DNA from: an uncultured Pelagibacteraceae bacterium
GTDB lineage: Bacteria; Pseudomonadota; Alphaproteobacteria; Pelagibacterales; Pelagibacteraceae
Direction: 5' to 3'
Length of the DNA stretch: 64,000 nt
NCBI GenBank assembly: GCA_902552345.1
Contig: CACDGO010000003.1
Span: 56,221-120,220, forward strand
This document shows positions 43,124 through 51,995 of this stretch, one piece after another. Numbering within the stretch: position 1 is the first letter of the stretch; each line of letters opens with the position of its first letter. A program made the position numbers and the translations under genes. Under the pieces are notes generated by a model, which was given only the letters and a program-made list of their open reading frames with translations, did not search any database and was not told where the DNA came from.

Positions 43124-43708
43124 ATGTCTGAGACACCATTTATGCCAAAAGCTACAGCTGTTTGGTTAGTTGAAAACACAACATTAACTTTTAAACAAAT
43201 AGCTGAGTTCTGTGATTTACATGAGCTTGAAGTGAAAGGTATCGCTGATGGAGATGTTGCAAGAGGTATTAAAGCCTACAACCCCATACTAGCTGGGCAA
43301 CTTTCGAGAGAAGAAATTGAAAATTGTTCAAAAGACTCAAAAAGAAAATTAAGTTTATTGAAAAAATTAGATGAAGTTGAGGTAAAAGAGAGAAAAAAAC
43401 CAAAATATACCCCGCTTTCAAAAAGACAGGATAGACCTGATGCAATTTTATGGTTATGCAAAAATGCATCTGAGTTATCTGACGGTCAAATTTCAAAACT
43501 TGTTGGAAGCACAAAAGGTACTGTCTCTTTGATTAGAAAAAGAAGTTACTGGAATTTTTCGAATTTAAAACCTAGAGATCCCGTAATTTTAGCTCTATGT
43601 ACTCAAGAAGCGTTTCAAAAAAGTGTGGACAAGGCAAAAAGAAGAATAGAAAGAGAGAGAAAAGCTAAAATTAGAGAAGAAAAAAAGGCTCAAGCCGCTT
43701 CGCTATAG
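43124..43708 (+). CDS. DUF1013 family protein (TrcR-like)
   Basis: PFMPKATAVWLVENTTLTFKQIAEFC, YTPLSKRQDRPDAI, DPV.L.LC. Confidence 0.88.
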   Translation: MSETPFMPKATAVWLVENTTLTFKQIAEFCDLHELEVKGIADGDVARGIKAYNPILAGQLSREEIENCSKDSKRKLSLLKKLDEVEVKERKKPKYTPLSKRQDRPDAILWLCKNASELSDGQISKLVGSTKGTVSLIRKRSYWNFSNLKPRDPVILALCTQEAFQKSVDKAKRRIERERKAKIREEKKAQAASL

Positions 43709-43748
43709 ACAAACAATCAATCAAGTGATACCAAGCTGAAAATTAACT

Positions 43749-43754
43749 GGAGGT
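43749..43754 (+). promoter_or_regulatory. Perfect Shine-Dalgarno upstream of rpsU
   Basis: GGAGGT followed by TTTT and then ATT. Confidence 0.8.
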
Positions 43755-43758
43755 TTTT

Positions 43759-43953
43759 ATTAAAATAGAAGTAAAAGATAATAATGTAGAACAAGCAATT
43801 AGAGTACTTAAAAGAAAATTGCAAAAGGAAGGTTTTTTCAAAGTTATGAAAATGAAAAGCACATACGAAAAACCTTCTGAAAAAAAAAAGAGAGTTCAAA
43901 CTGAAAATCAGAAAAGAATAAAAAAACTCCAAAAACTTAAAAACAGATACTAA
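43759..43953 (+). CDS. rpsU: 30S ribosomal protein bS21, apparent ATT start (missed by the ORF track)
   Basis: Manual translation IKIEVKDNNVEQAIRVLKRKLQKEGFFKVMKMKSTYEKPSEKKKRVQTENQKRIKKLQKLKNRY*; DNNV.QA...LK.K.Q.EG and YEKPS are S21 hallmarks; in-frame TAA at 43744. Confidence 0.93.
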   Translation: MKIEVKDNNVEQAIRVLKRKLQKEGFFKVMKMKSTYEKPSEKKKRVQTENQKRIKKLQKLKNRY

Positions 43954-43978
43954 ATTTATTTTAATGAGAGGATTAACA

Positions 43979-44182
43979 ATGCCATCTGGTAAAGTAAAAT
44001 GGTTTAACGCCAAAAAAGGTTATGGGTTTATTACTGACGATAAAACTAAAAAAGATATTTTTCTTCATGTCTCTGCTCTTGAAAGCTCTAAACTTAGAGT
44101 TCTTAAGGAGGAACAAAAAATTTTTTACGATATAAAAGAAGAAAAAGACAAACTACAAGCAATAAATATAAAAAAAAAATAA
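43979..44182 (+). CDS. Cold-shock domain protein
   Basis: GKVKWFNAKKGYGFI (RNP1), DIFLHVS (RNP2); ATG 43979 behind GAGAGGA. Confidence 0.94.
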   Translation: MPSGKVKWFNAKKGYGFITDDKTKKDIFLHVSALESSKLRVLKEEQKIFYDIKEEKDKLQAINIKKK

Positions 44183-44187
44183 TTTAT

Positions 44188-44264
<77 letters not shown>

Positions 44265-44275
44265 AATTTATAATT

Positions 44276-45148
44276 ATGATTAAGGCTAAGATAAAGAGAT
44301 TTTTAATTAATAATTTTCCTAATTTTTTCAAAATTTTACAAATTATAAAAAATGATATTTTATTTAGTAAAAAAAAAAAGAAATTTTCCGGATGGGGTTT
44401 AGAAACTTCATTACTTTTACCTTGGGACGATGAGAAAATATTTCATAATGAAACATCGAAAGGTTATATAAAAAGTAAAAACAAGCTTAATAAAAAAATT
44501 TTAAATAAAGAGTTTTTTTTAGGTCAAATTGAAAACTATAAAGAAAACTTATCTTTTGAAGATGTTCTCAAACATTTCGATGAATTAACTTACAGACATT
44601 ACGTAGTTTATTACAGTGCTATCACTGCTTATCATAATACAAGAAGTCGAAATATAGTTGAGTGTGGAGTAGCGCACGGTATGGCTATTTTTTTTGCTAT
44701 AAATGCTTTTTTAAAAGATGATAGTTATAAAGTTTACCTCTACGATAGTTGGGAAAGTATGAGGGGTGATGAGCTCAAAACAGAAAAAGATTTATTAAAA
44801 AAAGGTGAATACGATTATTTAGATATTGATGCTACAAAAAAAAATCTAAATGAATATTTTTCTAATATTGTTTTTAATAAGGGGTATATTCCTGATTCTT
44901 TTAAAAAATCTAAAAATCCTGATGATATCTCCTGGTTACATATAGATTTGAACTCTTCTTATGCAACTAAAAAAGCTTTAGAATTTTTTTATGAAAAGAT
45001 TGAAAAAAATGGAATCATCTTATTTGATGACTATGCTCATGATTCATATGAAGATACGAGGATAGTTATTGAAGAATTTTTTAAAGATAAAAAAATTAAT
45101 TTTCTACAATTAATGACTGGTCAAGTAATAGTAACAAAAAAAGAATGA
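44276..45148 (+). CDS. TylF/MycF/NovP-type O-methyltransferase
   Basis: IVECGVAHG, YLYDSWE, KGYIPDSF, LHIDLNS, GIILFDDY. Confidence 0.87.
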   Translation: MIKAKIKRFLINNFPNFFKILQIIKNDILFSKKKKKFSGWGLETSLLLPWDDEKIFHNETSKGYIKSKNKLNKKILNKEFFLGQIENYKENLSFEDVLKHFDELTYRHYVVYYSAITAYHNTRSRNIVECGVAHGMAIFFAINAFLKDDSYKVYLYDSWESMRGDELKTEKDLLKKGEYDYLDIDATKKNLNEYFSNIVFNKGYIPDSFKKSKNPDDISWLHIDLNSSYATKKALEFFYEKIEKNGIILFDDYAHDSYEDTRIVIEEFFKDKKINFLQLMTGQVIVTKKE

Positions 45149-46965
45149 ATAATAGAATTGTGAACATAACTATAATTGCTCACGTCGATCACGGGAAAAC
45201 AACTTTGATTGATAATTTAATGAAACAAAGTGGCACATTTAGAGAAAATGAAAATATTGCTGAACGAGTGATGGACTCTGGTGAATTAGAGAAAGAGAGA
45301 GGTATTACAATTCTTGCAAAACCAACATCTATTAATTGGAAAAATTCAAGAATTAATATTATTGATACTCCAGGACATAGAGATTTTGCTGCAGAGGTTG
45401 AGAGAGTTTTACATATGGCTGATGGTGCCCTTTTATTAATAGACTCTGCAGAAGGAGTAATGCCTCAAACAAAATTTGTTTTAGCTAAAGCTCTAAAACA
45501 AGGATTAAAGCCAATTGTTGTAATTAATAAATTAGATAAAACTGATCAGAGGGCTAATCAAGTTTTAGATGAAACTTTTGATCTTTTTGTAAGTTTAGAA
45601 GCTAACGAAGAACAGTTGGATTTCCCTATTTTATATGCAAGTGGTAGGTCGGGATGGGCTTCAAAAGATATTAATGGACCAAGAGAAAATCTAGTACCAT
45701 TATTAGATGAGATTGTGAGTCATGTTCAACCAACAAAGTTAGATAATGCTAAACCTTTTGCTATGCTTTCGACTTTACTTTATGCTGACAATTTTTTAGG
45801 AAGAAGTTTGGTTGGTAAAATTGCTCAAGGGACAGCGAAAGCAAATCAAAAAATTAAAGCAATTAATCTTAATGGAGAGAAAGTCGATGAGGGAAGACTT
45901 ACTAAAATATTTAGATATGAGGGAACAAAAAAAGTTGCGATTGAGAAAGGACAAGCTGGAGATATAGTAATTGTTGCAGGATTAGAAAAAGCAAACGTGG
46001 CTGATACGATATGTGATTTAGATGTAGATAATCCAATAAATGCTACACCAATAGACCCGCCTACTATGTCTATAACAATTACTGTAAATAGTTCACCTTT
46101 AGCCGGTAAAGAAGGAAAAAAATTAACTAGTACACAAATTAGAAATCGTCTTATTTTAGAAGCTGAGAATAACGTAGGTATTACATTTGAAGAAAATAAA
46201 GATAAAGATGCTTTTTTTATCAGTGGAAGAGGTGAATTAATGTTAGAGATTCTTTTAACTCAAATGAGACGTGAAGGATTTGAAATGACAGTTAGTCCTC
46301 CAAAAGTTTTAATTAAAAAAGATGATCAGGGTAATAAGATTGAACCTATAGAGGAAGTAACAATTGATTTAGAGGAAAAATTTTCTTCGAAAGTAATTGA
46401 CTCCATGAATAGAAGGAAAGGAAAGCTGATAGATCTTAAGGACACTGGAAAAAACAAAAAAAGATTAGTGTTTCACGCTCCAACTCGTGGCTTAATGGGT
46501 TACACTAGCCAATTTTTGACTTTAACAAAAGGCACTGGAGTTATTAACAGAATTTTTCACTCTTATGATGAGTACACTGGAGATATGGATGGTAGGAGAA
46601 ATGGTGCTTTAATTTCTATGGAAAACGGAAGAGCTGTTGCATTTGCCATTTATAATTTACAAGCTCGTGGAGAGATGTTTGTCACACATAATGATCCAGT
46701 ATATGTAGGGATGATAGTAGGTTTGTCTTCAAAAAGCGGTGATCTTGAAATAAATGTTTTAAAAGGAAAAAAATTAACAAACATGAGGACTCAGGGAACT
46801 GATGAAAATATAGTTCTAACTCCAGTTAGAAAAATGGCAATAGCTGAACAATTGAGTTTACTCAATACTGATGAAGCTTTAGAAATTACACCAATTGCAT
46901 GTAGGTTAAGAAAATTAATTCTAGATCCACATGAGAGAAAAAGGCTATCAAGGGCAAAAACTTAA
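45145..46965 (+). CDS. typA: Translational GTPase TypA/BipA
   Basis: AHVDHGKTT, ERGITILAK, DTPGH.DF, GRGEL, KKLTNMR. Confidence 0.97.
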   Translation: MNNRIVNITIIAHVDHGKTTLIDNLMKQSGTFRENENIAERVMDSGELEKERGITILAKPTSINWKNSRINIIDTPGHRDFAAEVERVLHMADGALLLIDSAEGVMPQTKFVLAKALKQGLKPIVVINKLDKTDQRANQVLDETFDLFVSLEANEEQLDFPILYASGRSGWASKDINGPRENLVPLLDEIVSHVQPTKLDNAKPFAMLSTLLYADNFLGRSLVGKIAQGTAKANQKIKAINLNGEKVDEGRLTKIFRYEGTKKVAIEKGQAGDIVIVAGLEKANVADTICDLDVDNPINATPIDPPTMSITITVNSSPLAGKEGKKLTSTQIRNRLILEAENNVGITFEENKDKDAFFISGRGELMLEILLTQMRREGFEMTVSPPKVLIKKDDQGNKIEPIEEVTIDLEEKFSSKVIDSMNRRKGKLIDLKDTGKNKKRLVFHAPTRGLMGYTSQFLTLTKGTGVINRIFHSYDEYTGDMDGRRNGALISMENGRAVAFAIYNLQARGEMFVTHNDPVYVGMIVGLSSKSGDLEINVLKGKKLTNMRTQGTDENIVLTPVRKMAIAEQLSLLNTDEALEITPIACRLRKLILDPHERKRLSRAKT

Positions 46966-46972
46966 AAATAAA

Positions 46973-47869
46973 TTATTTCAGAAGTTCAGAATACAAAATA
47001 TCAAATTTAAAATTTAAAGGTTTATTATGATAATAAACTTTTTTTTTAATATTTTTTACCAAATAACGATTCAAAAATATATCATCAGAGTTTAAAATAT
47101 TTGTTTTAAAAAAAATTGTTTTAAATTTCCTTAATAATTTAAGACCTATTTTATCCTCATGTAACTTAAATTTATTTAAATTCGATATATAAATTATATC
47201 TAGGATGGTAAAGAAATATTTTTTAGTTTTTTTTTTTACTATTAAAAATAAATTGTCCTTTTTATTATTATCAAAATATATAAAAATTTTTCTTGTATTA
47301 GTTGCTATATGATCATCAAGTATTTTTGTTTCTTTACTAGATAAAAATTCTTTAAAATGAGATTTTTCTTCACTAAATGACACATTGTTTTTTTTAAATC
47401 CAATAAAAGAAAAAGATAAGACAAACTTAGAAAAAAATTCAACCTCCTCAAATCCAAGTTTTTTGTAAAGGCCTTCTAGAGATTTTATAGGTGAATAAGT
47501 TGATAAAAAAATATTTTTTTCAATTATCGGAATTATAAGCTTAAATGCTTCAAACCTGTGTTTTTTTGAAACAATCCAACTATGAAGATAACAATGCTCT
47601 ACAGTTTCACCATTAATTTGTCTTTTGGAAAAAATTGTCCCTAAAAAACCTTCTATATTTTTTTCATCTTTAATCAAGATATATCCTACGGGTTTATCTT
47701 GATCAAAATTAATTTTTAGAATATCTTCAACTTCTTTAAAATTAAGAAATTTTTGATTTTTAAGAAAATTTTCTAGAAAAAAATAATTTTTGTCATCTCT
47801 ATAAATAGGTATAACTTTTACGTTAGAAGAGCCCTTTTTTTTCAATTTTGTGAAAAAAATCTTACTCAT
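46973..47869 (-). CDS. Hypothetical protein with a probable GNAT-like N-terminal domain
   Basis: GYILIKDEKNIEGFLG...CYLHSWIVSKKHR...LYKKLGF resembles GNAT motifs A and B. Confidence 0.5.
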   Translation of the reverse strand: MSKIFFTKLKKKGSSNVKVIPIYRDDKNYFFLENFLKNQKFLNFKEVEDILKINFDQDKPVGYILIKDEKNIEGFLGTIFSKRQINGETVEHCYLHSWIVSKKHRFEAFKLIIPIIEKNIFLSTYSPIKSLEGLYKKLGFEEVEFFSKFVLSFSFIGFKKNNVSFSEEKSHFKEFLSSKETKILDDHIATNTRKIFIYFDNNKKDNLFLIVKKKTKKYFFTILDIIYISNLNKFKLHEDKIGLKLLRKFKTIFFKTNILNSDDIFLNRYLVKNIKKKVYYHNKPLNFKFDILYSELLK

Positions 47870-47871
47870 AT

Positions 47872-48774
47872 TTAAAATTTTTTAATTATATATTTTGGCA
47901 TAATTAGAAAGAAAATATACTTTAAATTTAAAAGGTTTACTGGTTTTTTAAAAAATTCTGAGAAAAATTGAAATATATTTCCGGAAATACAAATTTTTTT
48001 TATTTTCAAAGACTTAATAATTTTTTCTAGATTATAAAAATTGTAGTTTTTAAAATATTTTTTATTTCTATTTTTTGACAACCACTTTTCCAGCTCCTCA
48101 ATATTTAAACTAATTTTATTTGTTGTCATATTTGACTCATGAATTCTATAAAATGCTAATGGTTCCTGAATAGAGAAAATTTTTTCTTTTAAACTTATTT
48201 TTACAAATAAGTCAAAGTCTCCTATGATATTATAAGTTTTATCAAAACTATGTTTTAAGAGCACTTTTCTCTTTATCATTGTAGTCAAAATAGGCATTTT
48301 AAAATCATCTAGTAGTTGCTGAGTAATTTGACCGTTATACAATTTTTTTTTTGAAAATAGAGATATCTTATTTCTTTTTTCATTGAATAAAAAAAGATTT
48401 GTATAAACGACGTTATACTCTTTATTTTTTTTTAAAAAACTTATTTGTTTTATAAGTTTTTTTTTATCCCACCAATCATCAGCATCTAAAAAAGTAATTA
48501 AAGAACCTTTAGTTTTTTTAAATGCAAGATTTCTGGCGTTATATAAATTGTAGAACTTTTTTGATTTGAAATATCTTATTTTTTTATTATTTTTAAACTT
48601 TAAAACTTCAGATTTTGTATTATCACTAGAACAATTATCATAAATAATTAGCTCCCAATTCTTATAGTTTTGAGAAACAACACTACCTATACTTTTCTTT
48701 AAAAACTTTGCTGAATTGTGACAATTTAATATTATTGATACTAACGGTAACTTTTTGTTTTTATTTTTTTGCAT
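47872..48774 (-). CDS. Glycosyltransferase family 2
   Basis: LVSIIL..HN, WELIIYDNCSSD, ARN, FLDADD, GDFDL, YRIH. Confidence 0.93.
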   Translation of the reverse strand: MQKNKNKKLPLVSIILNCHNSAKFLKKSIGSVVSQNYKNWELIIYDNCSSDNTKSEVLKFKNNKKIRYFKSKKFYNLYNARNLAFKKTKGSLITFLDADDWWDKKKLIKQISFLKKNKEYNVVYTNLFLFNEKRNKISLFSKKKLYNGQITQQLLDDFKMPILTTMIKRKVLLKHSFDKTYNIIGDFDLFVKISLKEKIFSIQEPLAFYRIHESNMTTNKISLNIEELEKWLSKNRNKKYFKNYNFYNLEKIIKSLKIKKICISGNIFQFFSEFFKKPVNLLNLKYIFFLIMPKYIIKKF

Positions 48775-48826
48775 TAGTATATAAATTTACTCGAACTATT
48801 AATAAACTTAAAAAAAAAAAATTACA

Positions 48827-49555
48827 GTGAAAATACTTCTTAGATTCGATGATATAGCTGAAAATATGAATTGGGACATGATGGATAAATGTGAAAATCT
48901 TTTTGACCAATATAATATTAAACCATTGATGGGTGTTATACCGCATAATCAAGATTTAACTTTAAAGTCATTCCCAAAGAGAGATGATTTTTGGAAAATT
49001 ATAAAGAGTTGGCAAGAAAAAGGATGGGAGATTTCTATGCATGGTTACAATCATCTTTATAATAAAAAAACACATAAAAAAGACTATTTTAAATATGGTG
49101 GTGCCTCAGAATTTTTTGGCGAACCTTTAGATTTACAAGTAGAAAAAATAAATAAAGGATTGGAAATATTTAAAAAAAATAAAATTAAAATTAGATCTTT
49201 TTTTGCTCCAAACCATACCTATGATACCAATACATTCTTAGCACTAAAAAAATCAGGGATATTTGAGATAATTGACGGATATGGATTGAGACCTTATACC
49301 CATGACAACATAAAATTTATTCCACAATTATTCTATAAACTTTTTTTCCTTCCTATTGGATTGCAAACAACACAAATTCACCTTAATGAAATGAATGAAA
49401 AAGATTTTAATAATTTAACAAGTTTAATTAAAGAAAAAAACCAAAATATTGTTTCATATAATGATGCTTTAAAATTATTATCAGATGGCAAAATTGATAA
49501 AATTTTAAATAAATTAGTTTATTATATTTTAATTTTAAAGAGAAAAATATTTTAA
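48827..49555 (+). CDS. Polysaccharide deacetylase (DUF2334/CE4-like)
   Basis: LRFDD, GVIP, EISMHGYNH, SEF, FFAP.H. Confidence 0.85.
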   Translation: MKILLRFDDIAENMNWDMMDKCENLFDQYNIKPLMGVIPHNQDLTLKSFPKRDDFWKIIKSWQEKGWEISMHGYNHLYNKKTHKKDYFKYGGASEFFGEPLDLQVEKINKGLEIFKKNKIKIRSFFAPNHTYDTNTFLALKKSGIFEIIDGYGLRPYTHDNIKFIPQLFYKLFFLPIGLQTTQIHLNEMNEKDFNNLTSLIKEKNQNIVSYNDALKLLSDGKIDKILNKLVYYILILKRKIF

Positions 49556-49583
49556 CTAAGCTCTGTGTCCGTTTCTTAAATAA

Positions 49584-50282
49584 TTAAAGTCTAAATTTTG
49601 ACTTTTTGCTATCCTTTAGAAAACCTTTTACTGTATCAATCGTCATTGAATTAAAGTTTTTTCCAAATCTTTGTATTTGATCAATTATTTTTGGAGGCAT
49701 GGTAATAATATCACATTTTATTTGCTTTGCTTGCGTAAAATTATAGGCCTCACGGGTGCTAGCCCAAAGAATTTTTATATTATTACTTCTTTTAACTAGA
49801 TTAATACTTCTTTTAAAAATTGGTAATGGATCCTTTCCTTTGTCAGCCATTCTTCCTGCAAATACAGAAATAATAGTTTTAGTTTTTTTATTTAGAATTT
49901 TATAAATTTTTTTTACTTGCTCATAAGTATAGACAGCAGTGATATTAAGTTTAACTCCTTTATTACTTAATTCATTAATTACGGATCCCATAAAATATCC
50001 CTTTGAATTCACAACAGGGATTTTTACATAAACATTTTTACCCCAAGTAGTAATTTTGTAGGCTTGATTTAGCATTCCATGAGGTTCATCGGCAAACACC
50101 TCAAATGAAATTGATTTTTTTTTACATAATTTTAGTATTTTGAGAGAATAGTCTTTATAATTTTTGGCTCCCGCTAATCTCATTAAACTGGGATTAGTAG
50201 TAAATCCATCTACAATCGACTTATTATTGTAAAGTTTTATTGTTTTTAAATCAGCAATATCACAAAATATTTTTGTTTTCAT
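49584..50282 (-). CDS. tal: Transaldolase (short type)
   Basis: IF.D.AD, GFTTNPSLM, SFEV, VYVKIP Schiff-base Lys, NITA, SVFAGR, WAS.RE. Confidence 0.9.
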   Translation of the reverse strand: MKTKIFCDIADLKTIKLYNNKSIVDGFTTNPSLMRLAGAKNYKDYSLKILKLCKKKSISFEVFADEPHGMLNQAYKITTWGKNVYVKIPVVNSKGYFMGSVINELSNKGVKLNITAVYTYEQVKKIYKILNKKTKTIISVFAGRMADKGKDPLPIFKRSINLVKRSNNIKILWASTREAYNFTQAKQIKCDIITMPPKIIDQIQRFGKNFNSMTIDTVKGFLKDSKKSKFRL

Positions 50283-51685
50283 TAATCTAAATTTTTAACA
50301 ATATCTTCAGTCATTTTTTTTGCATCGGCGAACAACATTAAAGTATTATCTTTATAAAATAATTCGTTATCAATTCCTGCATACCCAGGCGACAAACTTC
50401 TTTTAACAAATAATACAGATTTACATTTTTCTACATCTAAGACTGGCATTCCAAATATTGGGCTTTTTGGATCTGTTTTAGCAACAGGATTAGTGACATC
50501 ATTAGCTCCTATTACAAAAGCAACATCAGAATTTGCAAAATCATTATTAATGTCTTCTAGTTCAAAAACTTCATCGTAAGGTACATTTGCCTCTGCCAGT
50601 AAGACATTCATGTGCCCTGGCATTCTTCCAGCTACTGGATGTATCGCATAAGTTACTTTAATATCATTTTTTTTTAATTTATCTACCATTTCTCTAACAG
50701 CGTGTTGAGCTTGAGCGACAGCCATACCATAACCTGGGACGATGATAACTGAAGAGGCATTTTTCATTAAAAAAGCAGCATCCTCTGCATTGCCACTTTT
50801 CACTGGTTTTTGATCTATTCCTTTTTTTTTGTTTTCAGTTGAATTATCTGCTCCGAATCCACCTAAAATTACACTCACAAAAGATCTATTCATTGCTTTG
50901 CACATTATATATGAAAGAATCGCTCCAGAAGATCCAACGAGTGCACCCGTTATAATGAGAGCGGTGTTTTCCAAAGTAAAACCTATACCAGCTGCAGCCC
51001 AACCAGAATATGAATTTAGCATTGAAATAACCACAGGCATATCTGCTCCTCCGATAGGTATAATTAATAATATACCTACGAGAAAAGAAATCGTTACTAC
51101 AGTCCAAAAAACATTGGCTGATTGAGTTTTACATAAGAAAAAAATTAAGACAAAAATACCTATACCGAGTATCAAATTTAAAATGTGTTGGCCGCTAAAT
51201 GTAATCGGAGCACCAGACATTATCCCTCTTAGTTTTAAAAAAGCTATTATAGATCCAGAAAAAGTTATTGCTCCTACAGCTGCACCAATGGACATTTCAA
51301 TTAAGCTTGCTAGTTTGATATTGCCTACAACACCCAAATTAAAAGCTTCAGGATTTAAAAAAGCTGCAATAGCAACAAATACAGCTGCTAAACCAACTAG
51401 ACTATGAAATCCTGCAACTAACTCTGGCATAGCTGTCATTGGGATCTTAAAAGCTATAAATGCACCAATTGTTCCCCCAATAATAAGGAAAATTATTACA
51501 TAAACTAAAGAATTAGAAAAATTACCAATTGATAAGAATGTTACAACTATAGCTATTATCATTCCTGCAATACCGAAGTAATTCCCTTGTCTTGATGTGT
51601 CTGGTGATGACAGTCCTCTTAATGCAAGTATGAATAAAATTCCTGAGAGTAAATAAAATACTGCTGAAAGGTTTGCGGAAATCAT
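50282..51685 (-). CDS. pntB: NAD(P) transhydrogenase beta subunit
   Basis: MTAMPELVA..HS, IGGADMPVV, HPVAGRMPGHMNV, GANDV. Confidence 0.98.
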   Translation of the reverse strand: MISANLSAVFYLLSGILFILALRGLSSPDTSRQGNYFGIAGMIIAIVVTFLSIGNFSNSLVYVIIFLIIGGTIGAFIAFKIPMTAMPELVAGFHSLVGLAAVFVAIAAFLNPEAFNLGVVGNIKLASLIEMSIGAAVGAITFSGSIIAFLKLRGIMSGAPITFSGQHILNLILGIGIFVLIFFLCKTQSANVFWTVVTISFLVGILLIIPIGGADMPVVISMLNSYSGWAAAGIGFTLENTALIITGALVGSSGAILSYIMCKAMNRSFVSVILGGFGADNSTENKKKGIDQKPVKSGNAEDAAFLMKNASSVIIVPGYGMAVAQAQHAVREMVDKLKKNDIKVTYAIHPVAGRMPGHMNVLLAEANVPYDEVFELEDINNDFANSDVAFVIGANDVTNPVAKTDPKSPIFGMPVLDVEKCKSVLFVKRSLSPGYAGIDNELFYKDNTLMLFADAKKMTEDIVKNLD

Positions 51686-51993
51686 TTCTTTTTATCTTTC
51701 TTTTTTTTATACATTTGAAGCATTCTTTGAGTTACTAAAAAACCACCAAAAATGTTAATTGCCGCTAAAATGATTGCGATAAATCCAAAGATACTGGAAA
51801 TATTGAAAATACTCTCTGAAGATCCTGCTAGGGCAGCAATAATCGCCCCAACAATAATTACTGACGAAATAGCATTTGTGACAGACATTAAGGGCGTATG
51901 AAGAGATGGAGTAACGCTCCAAACAACATAGTAACCAATAAAAATTGATAAAATAAATATACTAAACCTAAATATAAATGGGTCTATTTCCAT
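51682..51993 (-). CDS. pntA: NAD(P) transhydrogenase alpha subunit part 2
   Basis: VTPSLHTPLMSVTNAISS, NIFGGFLVT.RML. Confidence 0.96.
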   Translation of the reverse strand: MEIDPFIFRFSIFILSIFIGYYVVWSVTPSLHTPLMSVTNAISSVIIVGAIIAALAGSSESIFNISSIFGFIAIILAAINIFGGFLVTQRMLQMYKKKKDKKK

Positions 51994-51995
51994 AG

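Noticed and set aside
43717-44013. 98-aa minus-strand ORF
   Set aside because: Antisense to the real rpsU and csp genes; Phe-rich mirror of Lys codons
48810-48821. A12 tract in the divergent GT2/deacetylase intergenic region as a phase-variation switch
   Set aside because: Similar A/T runs occur throughout the window, including core genes; no frameshifted gene was seen; read-level length variation would be needed
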